A DNA stretch of 44,200 nt, from contig CAZLSB010000004.1 in NCBI GenBank assembly GCA_964561825.1, forward strand, positions 1-44,200, given 5' to 3'. The position numbers and the translations under genes were made by a program. Shown in pieces: positions 20,563-30,378 of the stretch. Positions within the stretch are counted from its first letter, which is position 1. Every line of letters begins with the position of its first letter. This DNA comes from an uncultured Xanthomonas sp. Lineage in GTDB: Bacteria; Pseudomonadota; Gammaproteobacteria; Xanthomonadales; SZUA-5. The notes beneath the pieces are model-generated. The model searched no databases and was not told the origin of the DNA. It saw only the letters and a program-made list of their open reading frames with translations.

Positions 20563-21714
20563 ATGATCAGCAAACACGCGCGCCACTCTGTCTATCTTGC
20601 CCTTGCTTTGGCTTTGAGCCTGTCCTTGGTGGCTTGTGGCGGGGCCAAAGACGACGCTGCGAAAGCCGATGGCGACAAAACCGCCGAAAGCAAATCCGCA
20701 GATGGCAAAGAGGGCAAAAAAGCGGAGGCAATGAAGGTGCCGGTTGAAGTTGCCAAAGCGTCGCGATCGGCCGTCACAGCGGCTTTTCAAGGGACTGCAA
20801 ATCTGGTCCCGGAAGCCGAAGCAGACGTGGTGACCAAAACCAGCGGCGTGGTGCTCAAAATTCACGTGGAAGAAGGCGATCGGGTCAGCGCCGGTCAGGT
20901 TTTGGCGCAATTGGATTCGGATCGCCAGCGCTTGACGCTGAAACAAAGCGAAGCCAACTTACGCAAGCTGGAAAACGACTTTAAGCGCCAGCAAGAACTG
21001 ATCGGCCGCAAATTGATCAGCCAAGACGTGTTTGATCGTTCGCGTTATGACTTAGATACCCAGCGCGCTTCCCACGATATGAGCAAGCTGGAGCTGTCCT
21101 ACACAGAAATCCGCGCGCCAATCGCCGGCGTGGTCAGTAGGCGCAATGTCAAAGTGGGCAATCTGATTCAGATAAACCAGCCTTTGTTCAAGATCGATGA
21201 TTTTGATCCTCTGGAAGCGATCATCAATGTGCCAGAGCGCGAAATGCGCTTGATCCAGGCAAAGCAGCCGGTGCAAATGCTGGTCGATGCGCTACCTGAT
21301 GCGGTGTTTACCGGCCTAGTTGCGCGGGTCAGTCCGGTGGTGGACGCAGCGACGGGTACCTTCCGCGTCGTCGCGCAATTCAAGGACGACAGCGGTCAGT
21401 TGCGTTCGGGCATGTTTGGCCGCGTGCGCGTGGTGTATGACCAACGCACTGACGTGTTGGTGGTGCCGCGTTCGGCGTTGGTCGGGGATGACAAAGATGC
21501 GTCTGTGTTTGTGGTGGCCGACGATGTCGCCAAACGCCGCAAAGTTCGATTGGGCTACGCTGATGGTGGCCAAGTAGAAGTGATCGAAGGCATTAGCGAG
21601 GGCGAACAAGTGGTGACCCTGGGCCAAGCCGCGCTACGCGATGGTACTCAGGTCCAGGTGATTAATCCGGCTGCTGAAGCTGCCGCCGTCGCGGTCGCCA
21701 AAAACGTCGAATAG
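20563..21714 (+). CDS. RND efflux periplasmic adaptor (membrane fusion protein), lipoprotein
   Basis: Lipobox LVAC and motifs VEEGDRV, IRAPIAGVV, ATGTF and LRSGMF. Confidence 0.92.
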   Translation: MISKHARHSVYLALALALSLSLVACGGAKDDAAKADGDKTAESKSADGKEGKKAEAMKVPVEVAKASRSAVTAAFQGTANLVPEAEADVVTKTSGVVLKIHVEEGDRVSAGQVLAQLDSDRQRLTLKQSEANLRKLENDFKRQQELIGRKLISQDVFDRSRYDLDTQRASHDMSKLELSYTEIRAPIAGVVSRRNVKVGNLIQINQPLFKIDDFDPLEAIINVPEREMRLIQAKQPVQMLVDALPDAVFTGLVARVSPVVDAATGTFRVVAQFKDDSGQLRSGMFGRVRVVYDQRTDVLVVPRSALVGDDKDASVFVVADDVAKRRKVRLGYADGGQVEVIEGISEGEQVVTLGQAALRDGTQVQVINPAAEAAAVAVAKNVE

Positions 21715-21728
21715 CGCCCGGCGCTGCA

Positions 21729-21757
21729 CGCCATCTTGCCCGCACGGCAAGATGGCG
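21729..21757. repeat. Perfect 12-bp hairpin inside the efflux operon (REP-like or mRNA stabiliser)
   Basis: CGCCATCTTGCC-CGCAC-GGCAAGATGGCG with no U-tract. Confidence 0.55.
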
Positions 21758-21804
21758 CAAATCAAATCTCGTCGGCCGCGCAGCGCAGCCAACGACGTCA
21801 GTGG

Positions 21805-22073
21805 CTAGCAGCTGTCGGACTGTCTTCGCGAGTGCGCCGGAAGTGCTTTTGGCGCATCGCCTTAGTGGATATTTGAGGATTTCGGTCGTGTTTTATTCAA
21901 CTTGTGACTGCACAGCGCGCCAAAAGCCCTCCCGGTCCTTCGGATTGCGCGCCTGGACGGCGTCTGCTGCGTTGCGACGCTCGGCAATGGAAGAGCCATT
22001 GGCCGCGCGCTGCGCCTTGCATCCATCCGTCCAGTCGCACATCGCATCTCACGCAGAAAGCCCGACAGGCTGC
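21805..22073 (+). mobile_element. MITE-like family A diverged full copy (about 270 bp)
   Basis: CTAGCAGCTGTCGGACTGTCTTCGCGAGTGCGCCGGAAG...AAAGCCCGACAGGCTGC. Same internal IR as 5904-6142, with eroded ends. Confidence 0.85.
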
Positions 22074-22096
22074 GCGCCCCATTTGCAGGTATCCGC

Positions 22097-25000
22097 ATGA
22101 ATATCATCCGCCTTGCCACCGAGCGCCGTGTCACCATCGCGATGGTCACGATTGCGCTGGTGCTGTTTGGCTTGATCGGCCTCACCCGGCTCAAAGTCAA
22201 TTTGCTGCCCGATCTGTCCTATCCAACGCTGACCGTGCGTACCGAATACGTCGGCGCCGCGCCCGCAGAAATCGAGAACCTGATTAGCGAGCCGCTCGAA
22301 GAGGCGCTCGGTGTCGTCAAGAACCTCAAGCGTATCCGCTCGGTGTCGCGCACCGGCCAATCCGACGTGATCCTGGAATTTTCCTGGGGCACCGACATGG
22401 ATAACGCCAGCATGGACGTGCGTGAGAAGCTGGAGATTTTGCAGCTGCCGCTAGAAGTGAAAAAGCCGCTGTTGCTGCGCTTTGATCCGTCCACCGAGCC
22501 GGTGTTGCGCTTGGCGCTGGCCGCCGGTGAGGCAGATGCCGGCAGCACGGCCGCCCTGACCGAATTACGCCGCTATGCCGAAGAGGATCTGAAAAAGCGC
22601 CTGGAACCGATTGAGGGTGTCGCTGCGGTCAAGGTGTCCGGTGGTTTGGAAGACGAAATTCAGGTGGATATCGACCAGAACCGCTTGAAGCAACTGAATT
22701 TGGACGTCAACACGATCATTGAGCGCCTGCGCTCGGAGAACATCAATATCTCCAGCGGGCGTTTGGACGAGGCCAGTCAACGCTACGTGGTGCGCACCAT
22801 CAATCAGTTTGCCACGCTCACCGATATGGGCGAAATGATGGTGTCGACTACCGGTGGCGTGCCGGTAAAGCTTAAAGACGTCGCCACCGTTACCCAAGGT
22901 CACAAAGAACGCCAAGCGATCATTCGCAGCGATGGCAAAGAAGCCGTGGAAATCGCCATCTATAAAGAAGGTGATGCCAATACGGTGAATGTCGCAGAAA
23001 GCGTTGCTAAAGCGCTTGAACGGCTCAAAGATGAAATGCCCGACGGTGCCAAAATGACCACCGTCGATGACCAGTCGACGTTTATTAAGAGCTCTATTCG
23101 AGAAGTTGTCATAGCCGCGGTGATTGGCGGTCTATTGTCGATTTTGGTAATTTTCTTGTTCCTCGGTGAGGCGTGGGCGACGCTGGTGATCGCGCTGTCT
23201 TTGCCGGTATCGATCATTGCCACCTTCTTTTTCATGCAGCAGTTTGGCATTGGCCTGAATGTGATGTCGCTAGGTGGTATCGCGCTGGCGACCGGCATGG
23301 TGGTCGACAACGCCATTGTGGTGCTGGAAAACGTGCGGCGTTTGCGCGATCAGGGCATGGGCGTCATTGAGGCGGCGGTGCAGGGCACCAGTGAAGTTGG
23401 CATGGCGATTACCGCATCCACCTTCACCCATATCGCAGTGTTTTTGCCATTGGTCTTCGTCGAGGGCATTGCCGGTCAGCTATTTAGTGATCAGGCGCTG
23501 ACGGTGACCTTTGCGATGATCATTTCCTTGTTCGTCGCGGTGACCTTGATCCCGATGCTGGCATCGCTTGGCGAGACACGCACAACAATGAGCTACGAGC
23601 ATCCGCAGGCCCTCGCGCAGGAGCGCCATTGGCTGAACAAAAATCGGCCGCGTTTGGATCGGGGTCGTTTCCTGCTGCTGCCGGTGTGGGCGGTACTGGC
23701 CCTGCTGCGCGGCGTCTGGTGGCTGTTAAGTTGGGTTTTCTACTTGCTGGCGATTGTGGCGCGACGCACCTTTGGGCTGCTCGGGCGCGTGTTTGGCATT
23801 GTGCTTAACCCGCTGGCGCGCGGCACCATGGGCTTTTTTGATATGTCGCTGAAAGCCTATGACCGCATCTTGCCGTGGTCTTTACGCCATCCAACGGTGA
23901 TTTTGGGTGCCGCAACGCTATCGCTGGTCGTCGCCCTGGCGCTGGTGCCGCGCCTGGGTGTTGAACTGATCCCGGAATTCGCACAAGGGCGTTTACAGGT
24001 CGATATGAAGTTGCCGGTGGGTACGCCGTTGGTGCGCACCGATATGTTGGTCGCCGGTTTGCAGGAACATGGCATTAAGGTCGATGGCGTGGAGCATATG
24101 TTTGCCACCGCCGGCACCGGCGCGCGTCTAGATGCCAATCCGACCGAATCCGGTGAAAACGTCGGCAAATTGCTGGTGACCTTGGCGCCACACACCGCGC
24201 GTAGCGATGAACCGCGCATCGTCGAAGCGCTGCGCGCCTATACCGACGCACTGCCGGGCACTGAATCGAAGTATTCGCGACCGCAGTTGTTCAGTTTTGA
24301 CACGCCGTTGGAAATCGAAATCAATGGCTACGATTTGGACCTGCTCAAACAAGCCAGTGAGCGCATCAGCAACGAGCTGCGTAAAAACGAGATTTTTGCT
24401 GACGTAAAAAACTCGCAAGAACAAGGCGCGCCGGAAGTACGCATCTATTTTGACCAGGAAAAGATCTCATCGTTGGGTTTGAGCACGCGACAGGTCGCTG
24501 ACCAAGTGGTGCGCAAAGTGCGCGGCGAAGTAGCGACCCGCTACAGCCTGCGGGATCGCAAGATTGACGTGTTGGTACGCGCGTCCGAAGCTGATCGTGA
24601 TTCGGTCGACGCGGTACGTCGCTTGATCATCAATCCGGGCAGCCCAAGTCCAGTGCCGCTGGATGCTGTCGCACGCGTCGAAATCACCGAAGGGCCGTCG
24701 GAAATCCGCCGCATCGACCAGGAACGCGTCGCGGTGATTTCGGCGAGTTTGCGCGGCGATTTGGGTACAGCGGTGAAAATCGCCAAAGACATCGTGGCCA
24801 GCAGCGTACTGCCACCGGGCACGCAGGCACGTGTGGCCGGTCAAAGTGAGGATTTGGACTCGTCGTTTCGCTCTTTGCTCATGGCTTTGGCGCTCGCCGT
24901 GTTTATGGTCTATCTGGTGATGGCCTCACAGTTCGAATCGCTGCTGCATCCGTTTTTAATTCTGTTCACCATTCCATTGGCCTTGGTTGGCGCGATTCTC

Positions 25001-25402
25001 AGCTTATGGATGACTGGGACATCGCTCAGCATCATCGTCTTCATCGGTCTCATTATGTTGGTCGGCATTGTGGTCAGTAACGCCATCGTATTGATCGATC
25101 GAGTCAACCAGCTGCGCTCGCGAGGCATGGAGAAACGCCAAGCGCTTACTGAAGGTGCGCGCACGCGTTTGCGGCCGATCATCATGACCACGATCACCAC
25201 CTTGTTTGGCTTTTTGCCGATGGCGCTAGGCTTAGGCGACGGCGCCGAACTGCGTCAGCCGCTGGCGATCACGGTGATCGGCGGATTGATTTTCTCGACC
25301 ATGCTGACTTTGGTGGTGATCCCGGTGCTCTACGACACCGTGGATCGCCGCGCCACGTTCAGGCAGCCGAAGGTGCTAGAAGCCGCGGAGAGGGGGGCGT
25401 GA
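22097..25402 (+). CDS. RND efflux permease subunit 1 (AcrB/AcrD/AcrF family)
   Basis: 1101 aa with GMVVDNAIVVLEN, SQFESLLHP and RLRPIIMT. Confidence 0.93.
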   Translation: MNIIRLATERRVTIAMVTIALVLFGLIGLTRLKVNLLPDLSYPTLTVRTEYVGAAPAEIENLISEPLEEALGVVKNLKRIRSVSRTGQSDVILEFSWGTDMDNASMDVREKLEILQLPLEVKKPLLLRFDPSTEPVLRLALAAGEADAGSTAALTELRRYAEEDLKKRLEPIEGVAAVKVSGGLEDEIQVDIDQNRLKQLNLDVNTIIERLRSENINISSGRLDEASQRYVVRTINQFATLTDMGEMMVSTTGGVPVKLKDVATVTQGHKERQAIIRSDGKEAVEIAIYKEGDANTVNVAESVAKALERLKDEMPDGAKMTTVDDQSTFIKSSIREVVIAAVIGGLLSILVIFLFLGEAWATLVIALSLPVSIIATFFFMQQFGIGLNVMSLGGIALATGMVVDNAIVVLENVRRLRDQGMGVIEAAVQGTSEVGMAITASTFTHIAVFLPLVFVEGIAGQLFSDQALTVTFAMIISLFVAVTLIPMLASLGETRTTMSYEHPQALAQERHWLNKNRPRLDRGRFLLLPVWAVLALLRGVWWLLSWVFYLLAIVARRTFGLLGRVFGIVLNPLARGTMGFFDMSLKAYDRILPWSLRHPTVILGAATLSLVVALALVPRLGVELIPEFAQGRLQVDMKLPVGTPLVRTDMLVAGLQEHGIKVDGVEHMFATAGTGARLDANPTESGENVGKLLVTLAPHTARSDEPRIVEALRAYTDALPGTESKYSRPQLFSFDTPLEIEINGYDLDLLKQASERISNELRKNEIFADVKNSQEQGAPEVRIYFDQEKISSLGLSTRQVADQVVRKVRGEVATRYSLRDRKIDVLVRASEADRDSVDAVRRLIINPGSPSPVPLDAVARVEITEGPSEIRRIDQERVAVISASLRGDLGTAVKIAKDIVASSVLPPGTQARVAGQSEDLDSSFRSLLMALALAVFMVYLVMASQFESLLHPFLILFTIPLALVGAILSLWMTGTSLSIIVFIGLIMLVGIVVSNAIVLIDRVNQLRSRGMEKRQALTEGARTRLRPIIMTTITTLFGFLPMALGLGDGAELRQPLAITVIGGLIFSTMLTLVVIPVLYDTVDRRATFRQPKVLEAAERGA

Positions 25403-25550
25403 AGGCTTTTGTGCCACTAACCAAGTCCCGCAGCTGCACAGACAATAAGCTCGCGCGCCCCAGCGCCCTGTCGCTAGCCGCGCCTTTGTTTTTTTGCCGG
25501 GAAGGCCGCACGCCTGCAGCCATCGTCGCACTTCGTCGGAGTTCATCACC

Positions 25551-28500
25551 ATGACCCTCGCTGAGATCGCTCTCAAACGCCCGATCACCACAATCATGCT
25601 GTTTGTCAGCTGCGTGGTGTTTGGGCTGCTCAGCGCGCGCCTGTTGAAGCTGGAGTTTTTTCCGGAACTGGATGCGCCATTCATCTTTGTCAGCGTGCCC
25701 TATCCAGGTGCGACGCCCAAAGAAGTGGAACGTGAGATCGTGCGGCCGCTGGAAGAATCCTTGGCGACGATTTCCGGCATCGACAATATGTACACCACTG
25801 CCGACGAAAATGGCGCCAGCTTCTTCTTGGTGTTTGACTGGAATCGCAACATTAAGGTCAAGCTGTCGGAAGTTCGCGAAAAGGTTGACGCGGCGCGTGG
25901 TGAGCTGCCCAGTGATGTGCAGCGCATCCAGGTATTGAAGTTCTCAACTAACGATGAAGCGGTGCTGCAGATACGCTTGTCGAGCACTACGGGCAATTTG
26001 CTCGACGCTTACGATCTGCTGGAACGGCGCATCAAACGTCCATTGGAACGCATCCCCGGTGTGGCCTCAGTTGAATTATCCGGTGTGCAGCCCAACGAGG
26101 TGCGCATCGATTTGTTACCAGAGCGCATCGCTGCTCACAATGTCGATCTGAATGCCTTGTCAGCGCGACTGTCAGCGGCCAATTTTTCAACCTCCGCCGG
26201 TTTAATCCACGACGGCGAACATCGTTATCGCGTACAGCCGATCGGTGAAATCCGTACGATTGAGGAATATGGCAATTTAGTCATTGGCGAAGCGGGACTG
26301 CGTCTGCGTGATGTTGCAGAGATTCGTTTTGCGCAACGCAAAATAGATTTTCGTCGCATTCTCAATGGTAATTACGCCGTCGGCGTCGATGTACGCCGCG
26401 AGCGCGGTGCCAATCTGGTGGAAGTATGCGATCGCGTATTGGCTGAAGTGCGCAAAATTGAAGCAAGTGGCGCGCTCGCTGGCATTGAGTTGTACATGAT
26501 TGGTAATCAGGGCGAAAGTGTGACCTCGTCGTTGGGGGCACTGTCGAAATCTGGCATCGAAGGCATGCTGTTTTCGGTGCTGATTTTGTATTTCTTCTTG
26601 CGCCATTGGCCAAGCACTTTGATGGTGTCCTTGTCGGTGCCGATCTGTATTGCCATTAGCCTGGGCGCGATGTATTTCCTCGGTTTGACGCTCAATGTGC
26701 TGACCATGATGGGTTTGCTGCTCGGCATCGGCATGTTGGTCGATAACGCGGTGGTGGTGACCGAGAGCATTTTTCAGCAACGCGAAAAGAATCCAGATGA
26801 CAAAATAGGCACGGCGATCGAAGGCACGCGCATGGTGCAGTTGGCCGTCAGCGCCGGCACGCTCACCAGCATCATTGTTTTCTTGCCGAATGTGTTCGGT
26901 GGCACCACCCAGGTAGGCGTGTTTTTGTACTACGTGGCGATGCCGATGTCGGTGGCGCTGCTGGCATCGTGGTTTGTTGCGGTGACCATTATCCCGATGC
27001 TCGCAGCGCGCATTCCGCCGCCAAAATTGGCCCAGGTACGCATCGTCGAGCGTTGGAAGGACCAGTATGAGAGGTTATTGCGCTGGTCGCTGACGCACCG
27101 CGGTTGGTCAATTGTTGGGGTACTGTTGATTCTTGCCAGTGTTGCGATCCCGGCCAGTTTTGTGAAAACCGATTTTTTTGGTGGTGATGCCGATCGGGAT
27201 TTTGCCATCGGTTATGAGTTGAATGGCCGCTATCGACTGGAGCAGATGGAAAAAGCGGCGCGTGAGGTCGAAGCCTTCCTGATAAAACACAAGGAAGAGT
27301 TCGAAATCGAATCGGTGTACAGCTGGATGTCTGAAAGTGATGGTGGCATGCAGACACGCCTGCAATTGCTTAAGGGCGATGCAGCGCAAAAACCCGTTGA
27401 AGAAATTAAACAAGCGGTCCGAGAAGGGTTGCCGAAGTTGGCGATTGGCAAACCCGTGGTTGATATGCGTTTTGGCCCAGGCGGCGGCAATGCCGGCGGT
27501 GGTGCAGAGACCCAGTCGCTCAATATTAGTATCACCGGTGATTCAACCGAAGTGCTAAATGATTTGGCCAAGGATGTCGCACGGCTATTAGGTCGCAACG
27601 CAGAATTTGCTGAAGTGCGGGTCGACAATGCTCAGCAGCAACAAGAGATTCAGTTGCGCATTGATCGTGATCGCGCCGCCAATTTGGGTTTTGATCCGGC
27701 GCAAGTGGGTCGATTGGTCCAGGTGGCCATGCGCGGCGTACCGTTGCGTGAATTCCGCATGGGTGATACCGAAGTGCCGGTCTGGTTGCGCTTCAAAGAT
27801 GCGGAATCGATGTCTTTGGATACTCTAAAAGAGGTGCGGGTGACCAAAGCAGACGGCCAATCGGTGCCTCTATCGACCTTAGTGACGGTGGACATGTCAC
27901 CCGGCGCCACCGCCATCAGTCGACAGAATCGCAAGACCAGCGCAAACGTGACTTTGGAACTCAAACCGAAAGGCGATATGGGCGCGGCTACCAAAGCGAT
28001 CGAAGCGGCGCTGACGACCTATCCCTTCCCGTCGGGCTACGGGTACAACATGGGGCAGCGTTTTGAGGAAGACGCCGATGCGGCCATTGAGATGTTGTTC
28101 TTATTGTTCTTGTCAGTCGTGCTGATCTACATGGTCATGGCGGCTTTGTTCGAGTCGCTGATCTATCCGCTGGCGATTCTGGTCTCAATCATTTACGCCG
28201 TGGTGGGTGTCTGGTGGACCTTCTTGATCTGGGACACCACGTTCTCCGTCATGGCGTTTATCGGCATCATGATTTTGACCGGTGTGGTCGTTAATAACGG
28301 CATCGTACTGGTCGAGCATGTGAATACCCTGCGGCGCATGGGTTACACGCGAGACGAAGCACTAGTGATGGGTGGCAAAGAGCGCCTACGGCCGATCTTG
28401 ATCACCACCGGCACGACTTTTCTAGGCCTGTTGCCGCTCTGCATCAGCGACGTAGGCATTGGCGGTGGTGGTCCCGCCTATTACCCGATGGCGCGCGCGA

Positions 28501-28661
28501 TTGCTGGCGGCTTGGTGTTTTCTACCGTGATCACGCTAGTGGTGCTGCCAACCATTTACGCTGTCTTGGAGGATGCTGGCGAGCGCGTGCGAGCCTCTTG
28601 GCGTCGCGCCGGTGGGGCAGGGCGGGTCGTTGCCGAGCCTGCAAGCAACCAGTCATCCTAG
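25551..28661 (+). CDS. RND efflux permease subunit 2
   Basis: Start MTLAE. Motifs GMLVDNAVVV, GVVVNNGIVL and ERLRPILIT. Confidence 0.93.
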   Translation: MTLAEIALKRPITTIMLFVSCVVFGLLSARLLKLEFFPELDAPFIFVSVPYPGATPKEVEREIVRPLEESLATISGIDNMYTTADENGASFFLVFDWNRNIKVKLSEVREKVDAARGELPSDVQRIQVLKFSTNDEAVLQIRLSSTTGNLLDAYDLLERRIKRPLERIPGVASVELSGVQPNEVRIDLLPERIAAHNVDLNALSARLSAANFSTSAGLIHDGEHRYRVQPIGEIRTIEEYGNLVIGEAGLRLRDVAEIRFAQRKIDFRRILNGNYAVGVDVRRERGANLVEVCDRVLAEVRKIEASGALAGIELYMIGNQGESVTSSLGALSKSGIEGMLFSVLILYFFLRHWPSTLMVSLSVPICIAISLGAMYFLGLTLNVLTMMGLLLGIGMLVDNAVVVTESIFQQREKNPDDKIGTAIEGTRMVQLAVSAGTLTSIIVFLPNVFGGTTQVGVFLYYVAMPMSVALLASWFVAVTIIPMLAARIPPPKLAQVRIVERWKDQYERLLRWSLTHRGWSIVGVLLILASVAIPASFVKTDFFGGDADRDFAIGYELNGRYRLEQMEKAAREVEAFLIKHKEEFEIESVYSWMSESDGGMQTRLQLLKGDAAQKPVEEIKQAVREGLPKLAIGKPVVDMRFGPGGGNAGGGAETQSLNISITGDSTEVLNDLAKDVARLLGRNAEFAEVRVDNAQQQQEIQLRIDRDRAANLGFDPAQVGRLVQVAMRGVPLREFRMGDTEVPVWLRFKDAESMSLDTLKEVRVTKADGQSVPLSTLVTVDMSPGATAISRQNRKTSANVTLELKPKGDMGAATKAIEAALTTYPFPSGYGYNMGQRFEEDADAAIEMLFLLFLSVVLIYMVMAALFESLIYPLAILVSIIYAVVGVWWTFLIWDTTFSVMAFIGIMILTGVVVNNGIVLVEHVNTLRRMGYTRDEALVMGGKERLRPILITTGTTFLGLLPLCISDVGIGGGGPAYYPMARAIAGGLVFSTVITLVVLPTIYAVLEDAGERVRASWRRAGGAGRVVAEPASNQSS

Positions 28662-28702
28662 GCGCGTGTGATCGCGTACCCCGTCCAACTGATGTTTCTA
28701 GG
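28657..28702 (-). mobile_element. Collapsed family C element (46 bp) at the RND2 stop codon
   Basis: The reverse complement CCTAGAAACATCAGTTGGACGGGGTA is 24/26 identical to 6888-6913. Bounded by CCTAG...CTAGG. Confidence 0.75.
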
Positions 28703-28799
28703 TTAATATTTGGGCCTGTCCCTGAAGTGAAATTGACGGGCAATCTGCTACACCGATAGTCTCCCACCCTTGTCCCTGGCCACACGAAAGGAAATTGCG

Positions 28800-29366
28800 A
28801 TGCGTGTAGTGATCGATTTGTCCGAAGAAGATCTGGAACATTTCCGTGGCGCGATGCGTAGGGCCAAGGAAGCCGCACAACACCTGTCGCCGGAGGAGAT
28901 CACCGGCGCCGCGCAGAAATTGTTTGAAGACACTCAAGGCGTGCAAGTGCCGGAGTTTGTGTCCTCACGTATGAAGCGCTTGGGCACCCTGATAGGCATG
29001 GTGCACGACAAAAATTGGGGCATTACCGATGCCGAGCGGCACGAGATTTTGTCAGCGTTGACCTACTTTTCGGATCCGAACGATGCGATCCCTGACACCA
29101 TTCCGGTGCTCGGCTTCTTGGACGACGCGATCATGATCGAGTTGGTCGTTGAAGAATTGAAGCACGAGATCGACGCCTACGAAGATTTCTGCTCCTTCCG
29201 TGCGCAAACCATTGCCGATCAAGGTGAGGGGGCGGCCGATGGACTTGATCGCGACGATTGGCTGCAACAGCGCCAAGACGAGTTGCTTGATCGGATGCGT
29301 GGGCGGCGCTCGCGCGATGGCAGCTATGGCGATCGCGGCGGCTTCTCGCTGTTCTCCATCCGTTGA
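28800..29366 (+). CDS. YkvA family protein (DUF1232)
   Basis: Motif ALTYFSDPNDAIPDTIPVLGFLDD. AAGGA lies upstream of ATG 28800. Confidence 0.85.
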   Translation: MRVVIDLSEEDLEHFRGAMRRAKEAAQHLSPEEITGAAQKLFEDTQGVQVPEFVSSRMKRLGTLIGMVHDKNWGITDAERHEILSALTYFSDPNDAIPDTIPVLGFLDDAIMIELVVEELKHEIDAYEDFCSFRAQTIADQGEGAADGLDRDDWLQQRQDELLDRMRGRRSRDGSYGDRGGFSLFSIR

Positions 29367-29379
29367 TTTAGCTTGGAAC

Positions 29380-29403
29380 AGCAGCGGGGCAAGCTCCGCT
29401 GCT
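29380..29403. repeat. REP-like palindrome
   Basis: AGCAGCGGGGCAAGCTCCGCTGCT, same core as the 14970 and 19512 copies. Confidence 0.6.
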
Positions 29404-29421
29404 CTGGTTAGCCAGGGCAAG

Positions 29422-29452
29422 CCGCCGCCGATGCATCGGTGGCGGGTTTTCT
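29422..29452 (+). terminator. Probable intrinsic terminator between converging genes
   Basis: CCGCCGCCGATGCATCGGTGGCGG followed by GTTTTCT. Confidence 0.5.
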
Positions 29453-29486
29453 GCCCTTTCGATTCGGAGCAGCGCTTCGCAAGCAA

Positions 29487-30329
29487 CTAGCGCGGGGTTT
29501 GCACGCGCTTGCTGTAACCGTAGAAGTTTTTCAACATCAGGTCTGCGCCAGCGTAGTCGGCTGCGCTGGCTTCGACAAATTGCGGCATGCCCAGTTCGTT
29601 GATCACTTCATACAGACTTTGGTCTTCGTGGAGTTTCAGTAAAGCCGCCTTAACCTTTGCTTTCACCTCGGCCGGAACATCGGGCGATGCTGAAACAGCG
29701 GGACCGGCAAATTCGCGCGTGGTGATGATCGGGATCAAATTGGGATATTCGTCCCGCAACCACGATGGCACCAACGCGGCGTCTGCTTCGCCGGCAAAAA
29801 CGATCTCGACCGTATCGCGCCATGAGGTTGCGATAGAGCTTAGGATCGGCTGTTGCATCGGATTTGGAAAGTACTCCAACAACAACGCAAAGCCCAAATT
29901 CGGCGCTGGCATGGTCACTAAGCTGCGCGCGACGAAGGCTTGCACATTGCCTTCGCCCACATCATCTTGGGTCAGCAGCGAGTAACTCGATGGGGTCGCC
30001 GACTTGACCAAGGGCTCGTACTTGTAACGTTGAATTCGAAAATCAGTGAAATGCGCTTCGTCAAACACGAAGTGCAAGTCCTTACGATTGCGCATGTCGT
30101 TCCAGTAGAACGCATAGTTTCGCGCCACCACCAACTTGAAGGTCTCACCGGTCGCTTGATCAAGGTACTTGATCAACGGCTCGTAGAGTTCACGCGCGCG
30201 GGTAGGTGTGTAAGTTGGCTCTACGGAAAAGTTGTATTCAGCGGCGCTGCTCAAATTTGAAGCGGATAAACCTGCAAACGCCAACCCGAGAGTCAGCGCT
30301 TGGAATGGTTTTGCAAAGCCCTTCACCAT
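29487..30329 (-). CDS. Orphan periplasmic binding protein, phosphate/phosphonate-binding (PhnD-like) fold
   Basis: Signal peptide, YEPLIKYLDQATGETFKLV, GEADAA and VPAEVKAKVKAALL. GGGGAG lies upstream of ATG 30329. Confidence 0.7.
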   Translation of the reverse strand: MVKGFAKPFQALTLGLAFAGLSASNLSSAAEYNFSVEPTYTPTRARELYEPLIKYLDQATGETFKLVVARNYAFYWNDMRNRKDLHFVFDEAHFTDFRIQRYKYEPLVKSATPSSYSLLTQDDVGEGNVQAFVARSLVTMPAPNLGFALLLEYFPNPMQQPILSSIATSWRDTVEIVFAGEADAALVPSWLRDEYPNLIPIITTREFAGPAVSASPDVPAEVKAKVKAALLKLHEDQSLYEVINELGMPQFVEASAADYAGADLMLKNFYGYSKRVQTPR

Positions 30330-30378
30330 GGTCAATCTCCCCCCTCGAACTCAACAGCGGTCATACCATTTTCGTTAA

